Positions 40,800-51,368 of a stretch of 64,000 nucleotides of DNA are shown one piece after another. The stretch lies in assembly GCA_050298055.1 (NCBI GenBank), contig JBNKTL010000005.1, forward strand, positions 39,094 through 103,093. Direction: 5' to 3'. The notes under the pieces were generated by a model, which was not told the origin of the DNA, did not search any database, and saw only the letters and a list, made by a program, of their open reading frames with translations. Every line of letters starts with the position of its first letter. Positions within the stretch are counted from its first letter, which is position 1. The position numbers were made by a program, and so were the translations under genes. This stretch comes from Spirochaetota bacterium (GTDB taxonomy: Bacteria > Spirochaetota > UBA4802 > UBA5550).

Positions 40800-41693
40800 A
40801 TGTCAGCAAAGATCATAAGCGGAACAGAAATTGCCAAAGAGATCAGGGCGGAACTGAAAAGTGAAGTTGAAGAACTGGTCAGTAAACATAATGTTCAACC
40901 GGGACTTGTTACCATTCTTGTGGGAGAAAATCCCGCATCGGTAAGCTATGTTACGGCAAAAGGGAAAACAGCCAAGGAACTGGGATTCAACTCAATACAG
41001 GATGACCAGCCCGAGGATATCACGGAGGAAGATCTTCTGAAGTTGATTGATAAATACAATAATGACCCGAAGATCCATGGAATTCTTGTTCAGCTTCCCC
41101 TGCCAAAACACATTGACGAGAATAAGGTTCTCTATGCCATCGATCCGGATAAGGATGTTGACGGATTTCATCCGGTAAATGTGGGAAGACTCGTCATTGG
41201 CGAGGCAAAGTTCTATCCCTGCACACCATACGGGATTCAGGAGATGCTCATCCGTTCAGGAGCAATCCATGACGGGGCAGAAGTTGTGGTCGTGGGGAGA
41301 AGTAATATTGTGGGTAAACCAATATCCATGATGCTGGTTCAGAAGGCCAAGGGCGCCAACGCCACCGTAACCATGTGTCACACACGGACAAAGGACATGA
41401 AGGCCCACACTCTGCGTGCTGATATTCTTATTGTGGCGGCGGGTGTTCCCAAGGCGGTAACGGCGGATATGGTCAAGCCGGGCGCGGTGGTCATAGATGT
41501 GGGGGTCAACCGGGTGGGAAAGACACCGGAAGGAAAGGCGATCCTTGAGGGAGATGTGGACTTTGAGCCTGTGAAGGAGATCGCGTCCGCCATAACTCCG
41601 GTACCCGGCGGTGTGGGCCCCATGACCATTACAATGCTTATGAAGAACACGGTGAGAGCCGCAAAGATAGCGGCAGGTCTTTCACTGGATTAA
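40800..41693 (+). CDS. folD: Methylene-THF dehydrogenase/cyclohydrolase
   Basis: GILVQLPLP, KDVDGFHP, GRSNIVGKP, TPVPGGVGPMT. Confidence 0.97.
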   Translation: MSAKIISGTEIAKEIRAELKSEVEELVSKHNVQPGLVTILVGENPASVSYVTAKGKTAKELGFNSIQDDQPEDITEEDLLKLIDKYNNDPKIHGILVQLPLPKHIDENKVLYAIDPDKDVDGFHPVNVGRLVIGEAKFYPCTPYGIQEMLIRSGAIHDGAEVVVVGRSNIVGKPISMMLVQKAKGANATVTMCHTRTKDMKAHTLRADILIVAAGVPKAVTADMVKPGAVVIDVGVNRVGKTPEGKAILEGDVDFEPVKEIASAITPVPGGVGPMTITMLMKNTVRAAKIAAGLSLD

Positions 41694-41771
41694 ATATGTC
41701 TGTAAACGGAGGATAGAATTATTTTCCGATTAAGTTATATATTTTGAAAAAAGACCTCAGGAGGTAAATAT

Positions 41772-41987
41772 ATGTCTGAGAAAATAGTCGAGAAGAAGGA
41801 TTTTTCCGGAAAAACCGTAAAGGTCCTTGATGAAACATATGAGCCGGGTAATCCGTCTGCTGATAAAGATCAGATAGATAAGTGGCGAAACAAGATAAGA
41901 AACAGAGATCAGAACATGAAATTCTTACAGAGTTCTCAGAGGTACTGGTACAGTAATGACTGGTATGGAAGCGAAAAGAGAAAATAA
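41772..41987 (+). CDS. 71-aa hypothetical protein within the acs operon
   Basis: Strong RBS CAGGAGG; ends 28 nt before acsD; aromatic C-terminus RYWYSNDWYGSEKRK. Confidence 0.75.
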   Translation: MSEKIVEKKDFSGKTVKVLDETYEPGNPSADKDQIDKWRNKIRNRDQNMKFLQSSQRYWYSNDWYGSEKRK

Positions 41988-42015
41988 TTGTCAGGAAACA
42001 GGAAGGAGGAACTAA

Positions 42016-42957
42016 ATGGCTTTTGAAATCCCAAAAATTGATTATTCTGGTAAAATCAGAGAGATAACATTAGGTACAGGCGACAAGGCTGTTACTGTTG
42101 GCGGGGAGACCTGCTATCCGTTCTATACTTTTGAAGGTGAAATGCCCCATCTTCCGAAGGTCTCAATGGAAGTATGGGACTTTCAACCGGATGACTGGGC
42201 GGAGGCAGCAGTTGAGCCTTTTAATGATGTTCTCGGAGACCCGGTGGCATGGGCAAAGAAGTGCGTAGATGAATACGGAGCTGAGCTCATTACCCTTCAA
42301 CTCCGAAGTATAGATCCCAATGGCATGAACAGGCCCGCGGAAGAAGCTGCTGATGTGGCCGCAAAGGTTATCGAAGCGGTTGATGTACCTGTTATTTTAT
42401 GGGGTGTTGCCTCTCATGAAAAAGATACCGAAGTATTAAGGCTGATTGCTGAAAAGTGCGAAGGGAAAAACGTATCCCTGGGACCTGTTGAGGAAGGTGA
42501 TTACAAGCAGATAGGTGCGGGCGCCATAGCGTACAAGCACGTTGTGGTTGCTTCTTCTCCCATTGACATCAACCTTGCAAAGCAGCTGAACATACTTCTC
42601 GGCAACCTGGGAGTTGGAGATGACAAGATCATTGTTGATCCCACCACCGGCGCCCTGGGCTATGGACTGGAATATTCTTATTCCGTAATGGAGAGGGACA
42701 GAATGGCGGCCCTTACACAGGAAGATGAAAAGCTCCAGTATCCGATTATCTGTAATGTGGGACTGGAAACATGGAAGGTCAAGGAGTCAAAGATCTCCGA
42801 ATCCGAAGAGCCCACACTGGGAGACGCAAAAAAGAGAGGAATAATGATAGAGTGCGTAACGGCAATGTCTGCTCTGCTTGCCGGTGCGGATATCCTTGTC
42901 ATGCGTCATCCTGAATCTATCAAACTTATTAAGAAGATGATCGACGATCTTGCTTAG
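42016..42957 (+). CDS. acsD: Corrinoid Fe-S protein small subunit
   Basis: VGGETCYPFY.FEG, SPIDINLAKQLN, LGYGLEYSY. Confidence 0.95.
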   Translation: MAFEIPKIDYSGKIREITLGTGDKAVTVGGETCYPFYTFEGEMPHLPKVSMEVWDFQPDDWAEAAVEPFNDVLGDPVAWAKKCVDEYGAELITLQLRSIDPNGMNRPAEEAADVAAKVIEAVDVPVILWGVASHEKDTEVLRLIAEKCEGKNVSLGPVEEGDYKQIGAGAIAYKHVVVASSPIDINLAKQLNILLGNLGVGDDKIIVDPTTGALGYGLEYSYSVMERDRMAALTQEDEKLQYPIICNVGLETWKVKESKISESEEPTLGDAKKRGIMIECVTAMSALLAGADILVMRHPESIKLIKKMIDDLA

Positions 42958-42994
42958 TAGAAAATCTATGAGTATTCGTTAGGAGGACAATAAT

Positions 42995-44935
42995 ATGGCT
43001 GAAGCGAAAGTCAGAAGTGTTGACAGCGCTACTGTTAAAATGCTGGAAAAGGCCGAGAAAGACGGTTGCAATACCGCCTTTGATCGGGCAGAAGATATGA
43101 AACCCTGTCCTATCGGAGCAGTGGGAAGTTGCTGTAAGAACTGCGCCATGGGGCCCTGCCGTGTACCTTATAAAGAAGGTAAGGAGCAGAAAGTCGGTAT
43201 TTGCGGTGCTACTCCCGCGACAATAGCTGCAAGAAATTTTGCAAGAATGATAGCTGCGGGATCGGCATCGCACTCAGACCACAGCAGGGACGTTGTTGAG
43301 GTCTTTATCCTTGCGGCTAAGGGAGAGATTCCCGGGTATGAGATAAAAGACGAGCATAAACTTATTGCCATGGCAATGGACTATGAGATTGAAGTTGAAG
43401 GAAGAGAAATCAACGAGATAGCAATAGATCTCGGGGAGAAATGCCTTTCCCAGTTCGGCCAGCAGCATGGCGAACTACTGGGCTGTAATAAGGCCCCGGA
43501 AAAGAGAAAGGAAATATGGAGAGAAAAGGGTGTCTGGCCCCGGGGGATCGACCGCGAGGTTGTTGAGGTCATGCACAGGACCCATATCGGTGTTGACCAG
43601 GACTACAGGACCCTTATTCAGCAGGGAACGCGGACGGCTCTTGCTGACGGGTGGGGCGGTTCAATGATATCCACCGATCTCCAGGACATCATGTTCGGTG
43701 TTCCCACTCCGGTTTACAGTGAAATCAACCTGGGAGTCATCGAAGAGAAGAATGTGAACATAATCGTTAACGGCCACGAGCCCCTTATTTCCGAGATGAT
43801 CATTGTTGCGTCACAGGACCCTGAAATGCTCGAACTGGCCAAGTCCAAGGGCGCTGAAGGGATCACGGTATCGGGAATGTGCTGTACGGGAAACGAGATC
43901 CTGCTCAGGCACGGTATTCCCCTGGCAGGGAACTTCCTGCAGCAGGAACTTGCCATCGTTACCGGGGCTGTTGAAGCAATGATCGTTGATGTTCAGTGTA
44001 TCATGCAGTCTCTTGCCAGTGTTTCAAAGTGTTACCACACCAAGCTGATAACAGTTTCTCCCAAGGGGAATATCGAAGGCGCGGAGAAGATCCTCTTCGA
44101 TGATCATGATGCCCTCAATTCGGCAAAAAAGCTCATTACAGCGGCAATTGAGAATTTCCCCAACAGGAAGAGCGAGGTGCTTATCCCCGATGAAAGGGCG
44201 CCTATGATTGCGGGTTTCAGTCATGAAACCATAGACTACCTTCTCGGCGGAATGTTCAGGGCATCATACAAACCTCTCAATGATAATATTATCAACGGGA
44301 GGATCCGGGGTATAGCCGGTGTTGTTGGGTGCAACAACGCGCGGTCGGTTCACGATGACAAACACCTGAAGCTTATCAAGGAGCTCATCAAGAACGATGT
44401 GATCGTACTGACTACAGGATGCAGCGCCGCCGCGTGCGGTAAAGCAGGTCTTCTTACCCCTGAAGCGGCACAGGAGTATGCCGGAGCAGGGCTTGCGGAG
44501 GTCTGTGAGACGGTGGGTATCCCCCCTGTGCTTCATATGGGTGCGTGTGTTGATAACAGCCGGATACTCATAGCGGCAACAGCCGTTGTGAAGGAAGGCG
44601 GACTGGGTGATGATATCTGTGACCTTCCCGCAGCGGGAGCAGCTCCCGAGTGGATGAGTGAAAAAGCTATCGCTATTGGCCAATACTTCGTGGGGTCGGG
44701 TGTTTACACGGTCTTCGGAACGGCATTCCCCACAACGGGGAGTAAAGAATTTACCGATTACCTTTTCAATGGTATTGAGAAAGATTTCGGTGGTAAATGG
44801 GATTTCGTGGAAGATCCTATTGAAATGGCGCAGAAGATGATAGCTCATATCGATAAGAAGCGAAAGGAACTTGGCATCGACAAGGCAAGGGAAAGGGTAC
44901 TTATGGATATGGCAGACAGACGAGAACTGGCATAA
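42995..44935 (+). CDS. acsA: Anaerobic Ni-CO dehydrogenase catalytic subunit
   Basis: CCKNCAMGPC, NGHEP, CCTGNE, DVQC, VGCNN, TGC, HMGACVDNSR, EWMSEKA. Confidence 0.97.
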   Translation: MAEAKVRSVDSATVKMLEKAEKDGCNTAFDRAEDMKPCPIGAVGSCCKNCAMGPCRVPYKEGKEQKVGICGATPATIAARNFARMIAAGSASHSDHSRDVVEVFILAAKGEIPGYEIKDEHKLIAMAMDYEIEVEGREINEIAIDLGEKCLSQFGQQHGELLGCNKAPEKRKEIWREKGVWPRGIDREVVEVMHRTHIGVDQDYRTLIQQGTRTALADGWGGSMISTDLQDIMFGVPTPVYSEINLGVIEEKNVNIIVNGHEPLISEMIIVASQDPEMLELAKSKGAEGITVSGMCCTGNEILLRHGIPLAGNFLQQELAIVTGAVEAMIVDVQCIMQSLASVSKCYHTKLITVSPKGNIEGAEKILFDDHDALNSAKKLITAAIENFPNRKSEVLIPDERAPMIAGFSHETIDYLLGGMFRASYKPLNDNIINGRIRGIAGVVGCNNARSVHDDKHLKLIKELIKNDVIVLTTGCSAAACGKAGLLTPEAAQEYAGAGLAEVCETVGIPPVLHMGACVDNSRILIAATAVVKEGGLGDDICDLPAAGAAPEWMSEKAIAIGQYFVGSGVYTVFGTAFPTTGSKEFTDYLFNGIEKDFGGKWDFVEDPIEMAQKMIAHIDKKRKELGIDKARERVLMDMADRRELA

Positions 44936-44968
44936 GCCGGTTAAAAATACTAGAGAGGAGGCTAAAAA

Positions 44969-47173
44969 GTGTCTAAGATAATAGCTTCAGCAGCCATTAG
45001 AGGCGCACATAAGATAGTCGGCAGAGTCGATGACAAGATAAAAGAGGCCATAGATAAATTCGGCCCAAACCAGGAAGTGGCGTTTCCCAATACAGGTTAC
45101 TATCTTCCTATCATATACGGCATGACAGGGGAAAAGGTGGAGAAGCTCAGTGATATGGAGAAGATCATCGGTATCACCAAAGATCTTCTTCCCGCCCCGG
45201 TAAGGGAGAAAACACATCTTCCCTACCTGGGACCTGTTCTCGATGCGGGTATGGCAACGTTCTTCGCGGAAGAAATGGAAGAAGCCATCAGGTATATTGA
45301 GGACCCGAAATGCTATGTCCCGGGTGAGGACCCTACGGATGAAAATATCTGGCTCGGTGCGGCGGATGACGTTATCATGAGGAAGAGGGGAGTTGAGTTC
45401 GTTGACGGAACAGCTCCCGGGTTTGCCGCCATTCTCGGCGGACCGGAAGATCCCGAAGTTGCGGAAAAGATCGCGTTAGAGCTCCAGGAGAAGAACCTCT
45501 ATGTCTTCATGAGTGCTGATTCCGAGGGAAAAAAGATGTCGGAGCAGCTGGTTGAGAGGGGTGTCCAGATAGGATGGCCCACGCGGCTGGTATCCTTCGG
45601 ACCCAATGTGGGTTCCGCGGTATTCTCTATCGGTTTCGCCACCCGTGCGGCCATGTCCTTCGGTGGAATTGATCCCGGTGATTACAGAAAGATCCTCATT
45701 TACAACAAGGACAGGGTTTACGCTTTTGCCATGACTTTCGGGTTTGTCAATGACGAGTGGTACGCCAACGGCGCCGGTTGTATCAACTGGGGATTTCCCG
45801 TTATTACGGACACGCCCACACCAGAGATCAATCCTACCGGTGTCTGTACATATGAACATGTTGTGGCGAATATTCCTCACGAAGACATCGTACAGAAGTC
45901 CATCGAGGTCAGGGGACTGAAAGTTTCCATCACCAAGGTCCCCGTTCCTGTTTCTTACGGGCCTGCCTTTGAGGGTGAAAGGGTCCGGGGGGACGATATC
46001 TTCCTTGAAGCCGGCGGCGGAAGGACAACTGCCGTAGAACTTGTAACGTCCGCCGAGATGGACCAGGTGACAGACGGAGAGGTAAAGGTTGTGGGGCAGG
46101 ATATTGGCGATCTCGAGGCCGGCGCGAAGATCCCCCTGGCGATCCTTGTTGAGATCGCGGGAAGGCAGATGCAGCCTGACTTTGAGCCGATCCTTGAAAG
46201 ACAGATCCACCACCTTATCAACTACGCCCAGGGAGTCATGCATATCGGGCAGAGGGACATTACGTGGATCAGGCTGAGCAAGAACGCCGTGGAGAAGGGA
46301 TTTACCCTGAGACACCTGGGTGATATCCTTCATGCCAAGCTCCACCAGGACTTCGGCAATATCTTTGATAAGGCCCAGGTAACGATCTTTACCGATGAAG
46401 CGGAGGTCCAGAAGATCCTTGAAAAGGCCAGGGGGATATACAGGGTAAGGGACGACAGGGTCGGAAGCATGACAGACGAGGACACGGATCCTTTCTATTC
46501 ATGTACGCTCTGCCAGTCATTTGCTCCCAACCACGTATGTGTTGTTACCCCTGAAAGAACAGGGCTCTGCGGCGCGTACAACTGGCTCGACTGTAAAGCG
46601 TCATACGAGATAAATCCCACAGGGCCCAACCAGCCCATTCTCAAGGGTGAAACGCTTGACGCGGAGTACGGGAAGTGGTCAGGGACCGATGAGTTTGTAC
46701 TCAAGGCATCAAGGGGAAATGTCCCCACCGTTGATGCGTACAGTATCATGAGAAATCCCATGACCTCATGCGGGTGCTTCGAATGTATAGCGGCTGTTCT
46801 GCCCACATGCAACGGCATTATGACTGTTGACAGGGACACATCGGCTATGACCCCGTCGGGTATGAAGTTTACAACTCTTGCGGGAACTGTAGGGGGCGGT
46901 AACGTGACACCGGGATTCCTGGGACACAGTAAGCTCTATATTACAAGTAAGAAGTTTCTCAAGGCGGAGGGAGGACTTCAGCGGCTTGTCTGGATGCCAA
47001 AATCTCTTAAGGAGGAGATCCGGGAGAGGTTTGAGGTCCGCGCAAAGGAGATCGGGATCCCCGACCTTCTTGACAGGATCGCGGACGAGACCGTGGCATC
47101 AACCGAGGAAGAAGTCTACGCTTATATCAGCGAGAAAAAACATCCCGCTCTTGAGATGGATTCACTCTTCTAG
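44969..47173 (+). CDS. acsB: Acetyl-CoA synthase
   Basis: FPNTGYYLP, YSCTLCQSFAPNHVC, PMTSCGCFE A-cluster motifs. Confidence 0.97.
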   Translation: MSKIIASAAIRGAHKIVGRVDDKIKEAIDKFGPNQEVAFPNTGYYLPIIYGMTGEKVEKLSDMEKIIGITKDLLPAPVREKTHLPYLGPVLDAGMATFFAEEMEEAIRYIEDPKCYVPGEDPTDENIWLGAADDVIMRKRGVEFVDGTAPGFAAILGGPEDPEVAEKIALELQEKNLYVFMSADSEGKKMSEQLVERGVQIGWPTRLVSFGPNVGSAVFSIGFATRAAMSFGGIDPGDYRKILIYNKDRVYAFAMTFGFVNDEWYANGAGCINWGFPVITDTPTPEINPTGVCTYEHVVANIPHEDIVQKSIEVRGLKVSITKVPVPVSYGPAFEGERVRGDDIFLEAGGGRTTAVELVTSAEMDQVTDGEVKVVGQDIGDLEAGAKIPLAILVEIAGRQMQPDFEPILERQIHHLINYAQGVMHIGQRDITWIRLSKNAVEKGFTLRHLGDILHAKLHQDFGNIFDKAQVTIFTDEAEVQKILEKARGIYRVRDDRVGSMTDEDTDPFYSCTLCQSFAPNHVCVVTPERTGLCGAYNWLDCKASYEINPTGPNQPILKGETLDAEYGKWSGTDEFVLKASRGNVPTVDAYSIMRNPMTSCGCFECIAAVLPTCNGIMTVDRDTSAMTPSGMKFTTLAGTVGGGNVTPGFLGHSKLYITSKKFLKAEGGLQRLVWMPKSLKEEIRERFEVRAKEIGIPDLLDRIADETVASTEEEVYAYISEKKHPALEMDSLF

Positions 47174-47182
47174 ATAATCAGG

Positions 47183-47223
47183 CAGTACCGGGGATGCCGG
47201 AAATTAAGGTATCCCCGGTATTG
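47183..47223. other. Intra-operon hairpin between acsB and acsC
   Basis: CAGTACCGGGGATGCC-GGAAATTAA-GGTATCCCCGGTATTG. Confidence 0.55.
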
Positions 47224-47292
47224 ATAAAACCGTAGAGCGGTTATAATGAGAAAAAATAGAAATAAAAGAGAAAAAAAGGAAGGAGATATTAA

Positions 47293-48642
47293 ATGGCACT
47301 TACAGGTATAGAAATCTTCAAGCTTTTACCCAAGACAAACTGCGGTGATTGCGGTGTTCCCACATGTCTCGCGTTTGCAATGAAACTCGCGGCCGGGCAG
47401 GCGGAACTTGCGTCATGCCCCCATGTTTCCGAAGAGTCAAAGGCCAAGCTTGATTCTGCGTCCGCTCCTCCCGTGTTGCCGGTGACAATCGGTACGGGTG
47501 ACGGGGCATTCAAGACCGGTGGTGAAACGGTCATGTTCAGGCATGAAAAGACCTTTGTTAATCCCACGGGTATAGCTGTTCTTATAACGGATAAAATGAG
47601 CGATGCTGATGTGGAGAAGAGGTTAAAGAATTTTGTTGATCTCCAGTATGACCGCGTGGGCATGCTTCTGAAAGCCGATCTCATCGCCGTGAAGTCCGAA
47701 ACCGGTGATGCGGGCGCTTTCGAGGCCCTTATTAATAAGGCCAAAGGGACGGCAAATTGCGGACTTATCCTTATGAGCGATAATGCCGATGTCCTGGAGG
47801 CAGGGGTTAAGGCATGTGCTGAAACAAAGCCGCTTATTTATGCTGCCACAAAAGATAATGTTGAGAAAGTCGGAAACATTGCAAAGGAGAACAAGTGTTC
47901 CGTTGCGGTGAAAGGCGCAAATCTTGACGAAGTTATCGAACTGACGGAAAAGCTGGCAGGCATGGGCCTTAAGGAGATCGTCATAGACTCCGGGGCACGT
48001 GAGAAGAAGCAGGCTTTCCGGGACCAGGTAGTCATAAGAAGGGCCGCAATAAAGAACACCTTCAGGGCGCTGGGATATCCCACAATCACATTTCCCTGTG
48101 AAATGTCAGATGACTTAATGGAAGAAACACTTATCGCTTCCACCTTTATCGCCAAGTATGGGGGAATATGCGTCATGTCCGACCTTGAAGGTCACAGCCT
48201 CTTCCCGCTTCTGGTTGAGAGGATGAACATATTTACCGATCCTCAGAGACCCATGGCCACGGAAGAAGGAATTTATCCCATTAACAATCCCGATGAAAAC
48301 TCACCGGTTCTTATCACCACAAATTTCTCTCTTACCTACTTTATTGTTTCCGGTGAGATTGAAGGAAGCAGGATGCCCTGCTGGCTTCTCATCATGGAAA
48401 ACGAGGGGCTCTCGGTCCTCACGGCCTGGGCGGCAGGCAAGTTCGTAGCCGATGCCATTGCTCCCTTTGTGAAAAAGAGCGGAATTGCGGATAAGATCAA
48501 ACATAAATCACTGGTGATACCGGGATACGCGGCGACAATCAGCGGGGAACTTGAAGAAGAACTCTCAGACTGGAAAATCGTGATCGGTCCCAGGGAAGCC
48601 GCTCATATTCCCGCGTTCCTTAAGGAATTCAAGCCGGAATAG
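47293..48642 (+). CDS. acsC: Corrinoid Fe-S protein large subunit
   Basis: LPKTNCGDCGVPTCLAFA, FRHEKTF, TTNFSLTY, GLSVLTAWAAGKF, GPREA. Confidence 0.96.
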   Translation: MALTGIEIFKLLPKTNCGDCGVPTCLAFAMKLAAGQAELASCPHVSEESKAKLDSASAPPVLPVTIGTGDGAFKTGGETVMFRHEKTFVNPTGIAVLITDKMSDADVEKRLKNFVDLQYDRVGMLLKADLIAVKSETGDAGAFEALINKAKGTANCGLILMSDNADVLEAGVKACAETKPLIYAATKDNVEKVGNIAKENKCSVAVKGANLDEVIELTEKLAGMGLKEIVIDSGAREKKQAFRDQVVIRRAAIKNTFRALGYPTITFPCEMSDDLMEETLIASTFIAKYGGICVMSDLEGHSLFPLLVERMNIFTDPQRPMATEEGIYPINNPDENSPVLITTNFSLTYFIVSGEIEGSRMPCWLLIMENEGLSVLTAWAAGKFVADAIAPFVKKSGIADKIKHKSLVIPGYAATISGELEEELSDWKIVIGPREAAHIPAFLKEFKPE

Positions 48643-48673
48643 TCTATTAGAGTATTACAGAAGGAGGAAATTG

Positions 48674-49561
48674 ATGTCAAAATTTATTCGTATTGGTGAA
48701 AACTTAAACGTCATGTCCAAGGTTCTCGGGCCGGCTATGAAAGAGAGAAATCCCGGCCCTATCCAGGAGATGGTTAAAAAAGAAGCTGAAAAGGGTGTGG
48801 ATTATATCGATCTGAATATCGGCCCCGCGCGGAAAGAGGGTGATAAGCTCATGGACTGGGTGGTCAATACTGTCCAGGAAGTTACGGATATTCCCCTTTC
48901 GCTGGATACAACAAGCCTTGTTGCCATGGAAGCGGGTCTGAAAGCGGCAAAGAACAAACCGCTTATCAACTCTGTGACCATGCAGTCTGACAGGCTTGTT
49001 CCCGGGCTGGAACTTGCGGCGAAGTACAATGCCGATGTTGTTGCCGTGCTCTGGAGCGACCAGGGAATGCCCCGGGACACCAACGAGCGCGCAATGCACG
49101 TGGTTGATTTCTCTACAAAGGCGGCGGAACTGGGGGTCCCCCTGGAAAATATATGGTTTGATCCCATTGTCTCGCCAATCAGTGTTGAGGTAAACCAGGT
49201 CAAGGCATGTGTTGAGTGTATGGGAATGCTTGCCGATATTGCTCCCGGCTCAAAATCAACCGTGGGCCTTTCAAACGTATCCAACGGTGTTCCCGAGGAG
49301 CTTCGGCCATGGCTGAATATTACCTATTTGATCATGTTGATGAAAAACGGTCTCTATTCTGCCATCGTTGACGCTTTTGATGATGAAATGACTGCATTTG
49401 TATCAGGAGAGAAACAGAACATTGTGGATCTCGTGAACAGAATGACAGATGGTGAAAAAGTTGATATAAATTCACTGAGCGATGTAGAGAAGAAATTTGC
49501 CAAGACAGTGAAGGTGCTCACAGGTGAGACTCTCTTCTCTGATTCATGGCTTGAGGTTTAA
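48674..49561 (+). CDS. acsE: Methyl-THF:corrinoid Fe-S protein methyltransferase
   Basis: IGEN, DLNIG, LSLDT, LINS, FDP, GLSNVSNG pterin-binding barrel; position in the acs operon. Confidence 0.88.
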   Translation: MSKFIRIGENLNVMSKVLGPAMKERNPGPIQEMVKKEAEKGVDYIDLNIGPARKEGDKLMDWVVNTVQEVTDIPLSLDTTSLVAMEAGLKAAKNKPLINSVTMQSDRLVPGLELAAKYNADVVAVLWSDQGMPRDTNERAMHVVDFSTKAAELGVPLENIWFDPIVSPISVEVNQVKACVECMGMLADIAPGSKSTVGLSNVSNGVPEELRPWLNITYLIMLMKNGLYSAIVDAFDDEMTAFVSGEKQNIVDLVNRMTDGEKVDINSLSDVEKKFAKTVKVLTGETLFSDSWLEV

Positions 49562-49713
49562 TGAACCTGTAGTGTTAAAGATAACGCCTCCGGCCCATCC
49601 GTGCCGGGGGCGTATGATATAACTGTTATTATACATAAAAAAGATTTCTGTTATAATTTATTTTTCCCTCAAAAAAATAATACTCTCAGTAAATTAGTAG
49701 GAGAGGATTCACT

Positions 49714-50370
49714 ATGACGACAATAACCGAAGAGATTAAAAAGGAAGAAAAAGCCGAAGGTGCCGTTAAACCGGATACGGCGGAGAGGCCCCGGGCAAAA
49801 TATACCTACAGGCTGAATGAGTACAGATCCTTTGCCGGTGAGATTGCCGGTGCCAGCGGTGAGCCCATAAACAGCTGCTACCAGTGTAAGAAGTGTTCCA
49901 ACGGCTGTCCCGTTACCTATGCCATGGACTACCAGCCGCACCAGGTAATAAAGATGATGCAGCTGGGACTTGAGGAAAAGGTCCTTTCATCAAAGACCCT
50001 GTGGCTCTGTGCCGCCTGTGAAACATGCGGGACGCGGTGTCCCAATGAGATAAAGCTCGCGGAGATGTTCGATGTCCTCAAACAAAAGGCGGAAAAGTCC
50101 GGGTACCGGGTAGGGCATAAAGAAGCTTCCGTATTACACAAAGTCTTTCTCTCTTCGGTTAAGAAATACGGGCGGGTCCATGAAGTGGGAATGATGAGGC
50201 AGTTCATGCTGAAATCAGGAGGGCTCATGGGGAAGTTGTTCAGCGGGGCCCTTTTCAAAGACGCGATCCTGGGCCTGAAATTTTTCAAGAGGGGCAAACT
50301 CTCCCTGTCTGCCCACAGGATCAAGGGTGTGGATGAAGTAAAAAAAATCTTAAAAGGGGTAGGGAAATAG
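49714..50370 (+). CDS. hdrC: Heterodisulfide reductase subunit C-like
   Basis: CYQCKKCSNGCP and WLCAACETCGTRCP. Confidence 0.93.
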   Translation: MTTITEEIKKEEKAEGAVKPDTAERPRAKYTYRLNEYRSFAGEIAGASGEPINSCYQCKKCSNGCPVTYAMDYQPHQVIKMMQLGLEEKVLSSKTLWLCAACETCGTRCPNEIKLAEMFDVLKQKAEKSGYRVGHKEASVLHKVFLSSVKKYGRVHEVGMMRQFMLKSGGLMGKLFSGALFKDAILGLKFFKRGKLSLSAHRIKGVDEVKKILKGVGK

Positions 50371-50371
50371 T

Positions 50372-51226
50372 ATGAAAGCTTCTTATTATCCCGGCTGTTC
50401 CCTGCACGGAACGGGACTGGAATATGGCGAATCAACAGAGACAGTGTTTAAAGCTCTCGGAGCGGATCTTGTTGAAATAGATGACTGGAACTGCTGCGGC
50501 GCGTCATCGGGCCACAGTGCCGGTAAGAAAATTGCCGTTGAACTGGCGGGAAGAAATCTTATGCAGGCTGAAAAGAACGGCTTAAAGGACATGGTGGTCC
50601 CCTGTTCCGCGTGCTACCAGAGAACAAAGGTGGCCGAGAATGAAATTGAGAAAGACCCGGAATCTTTCCCCGAAGTGAAATATAACGGTGAACTGAAGGT
50701 ATGGGACATTCTCTCATTCCTCAAAGAAGAAGTGGGATTCGATGCCATAAAATCAAGGGTACAGAAAAAACTGGAAGGCCTCAGGGCTGTCTGTTACTAC
50801 GGCTGCCTTACCATGAGGCACCCGGAAATTACGGGAGCAAAGGAATATGAAAATCCAACGAATATGGAGAAGCTCCTCTCTGTTCTCGGTGTGGAGGTGA
50901 TAGAGTGGTCCTACAAGACAGACTGCTGCGGGGGCGGACTGGTGCTTTCGAGCCCGGATGTTGTTTTTGACCTCACCGGGAAGCTTTTTACAAAGGCCCG
51001 GGAAGCGGGTGCCCAGTGCCTTGTGACAATATGCCCTCTCTGCCAGGGAAACCTTGACCAGAGACAGGGCGACGCGGGAGCAAAGCTTAAAACAAAGTTT
51101 GATCTTCCGGTGTTCTATATTACCGAGTTGATCGGTCTCGCCCTGGGAGAGAAGGAGACGGAAAAGTGGCTTAAAAGGCACTTTGTTGACCCTGTAAGAC
51201 TTCTAAAGTCAAAGGGTCTTTTGTGA
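50372..51226 (+). CDS. hdrB: Heterodisulfide reductase subunit B-like
   Basis: YYPGC, WNCCG, CSAC, YYGC, DCCGG, CPLC (two CCG domains). Confidence 0.93.
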   Translation: MKASYYPGCSLHGTGLEYGESTETVFKALGADLVEIDDWNCCGASSGHSAGKKIAVELAGRNLMQAEKNGLKDMVVPCSACYQRTKVAENEIEKDPESFPEVKYNGELKVWDILSFLKEEVGFDAIKSRVQKKLEGLRAVCYYGCLTMRHPEITGAKEYENPTNMEKLLSVLGVEVIEWSYKTDCCGGGLVLSSPDVVFDLTGKLFTKAREAGAQCLVTICPLCQGNLDQRQGDAGAKLKTKFDLPVFYITELIGLALGEKETEKWLKRHFVDPVRLLKSKGLL

Positions 51227-51249
51227 AGGAATAATGAGCTATTTATGAA

Positions 51250-51321
51250 GCCCCTAACCCCCGGAGGGGGCATAAGAGAGTGTTTGAAAATATCTTGCGC
51301 CCCCTGAGGGGGCTGGGGGGA
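51250..51321. repeat. Intergenic palindromic repeat, C/G-run family, copy 2
   Basis: GCCCCTAACCCCCGGAGGGGGCA...CGCCCCCTGAGGGGGCTGGGGGGA. Confidence 0.8.
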
Positions 51322-51368
51322 TATGCAGCAGTGTATTTGCATAAATAATTTTAATCAGGACAATAACT

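Noticed and set aside
18387..51226. Sec read-through at other TGA stops (ccmF, hemC, hemD, hemL, hdrB)
   Set aside because: These proteins are already full length and the TGA does not occupy a conserved Cys position.
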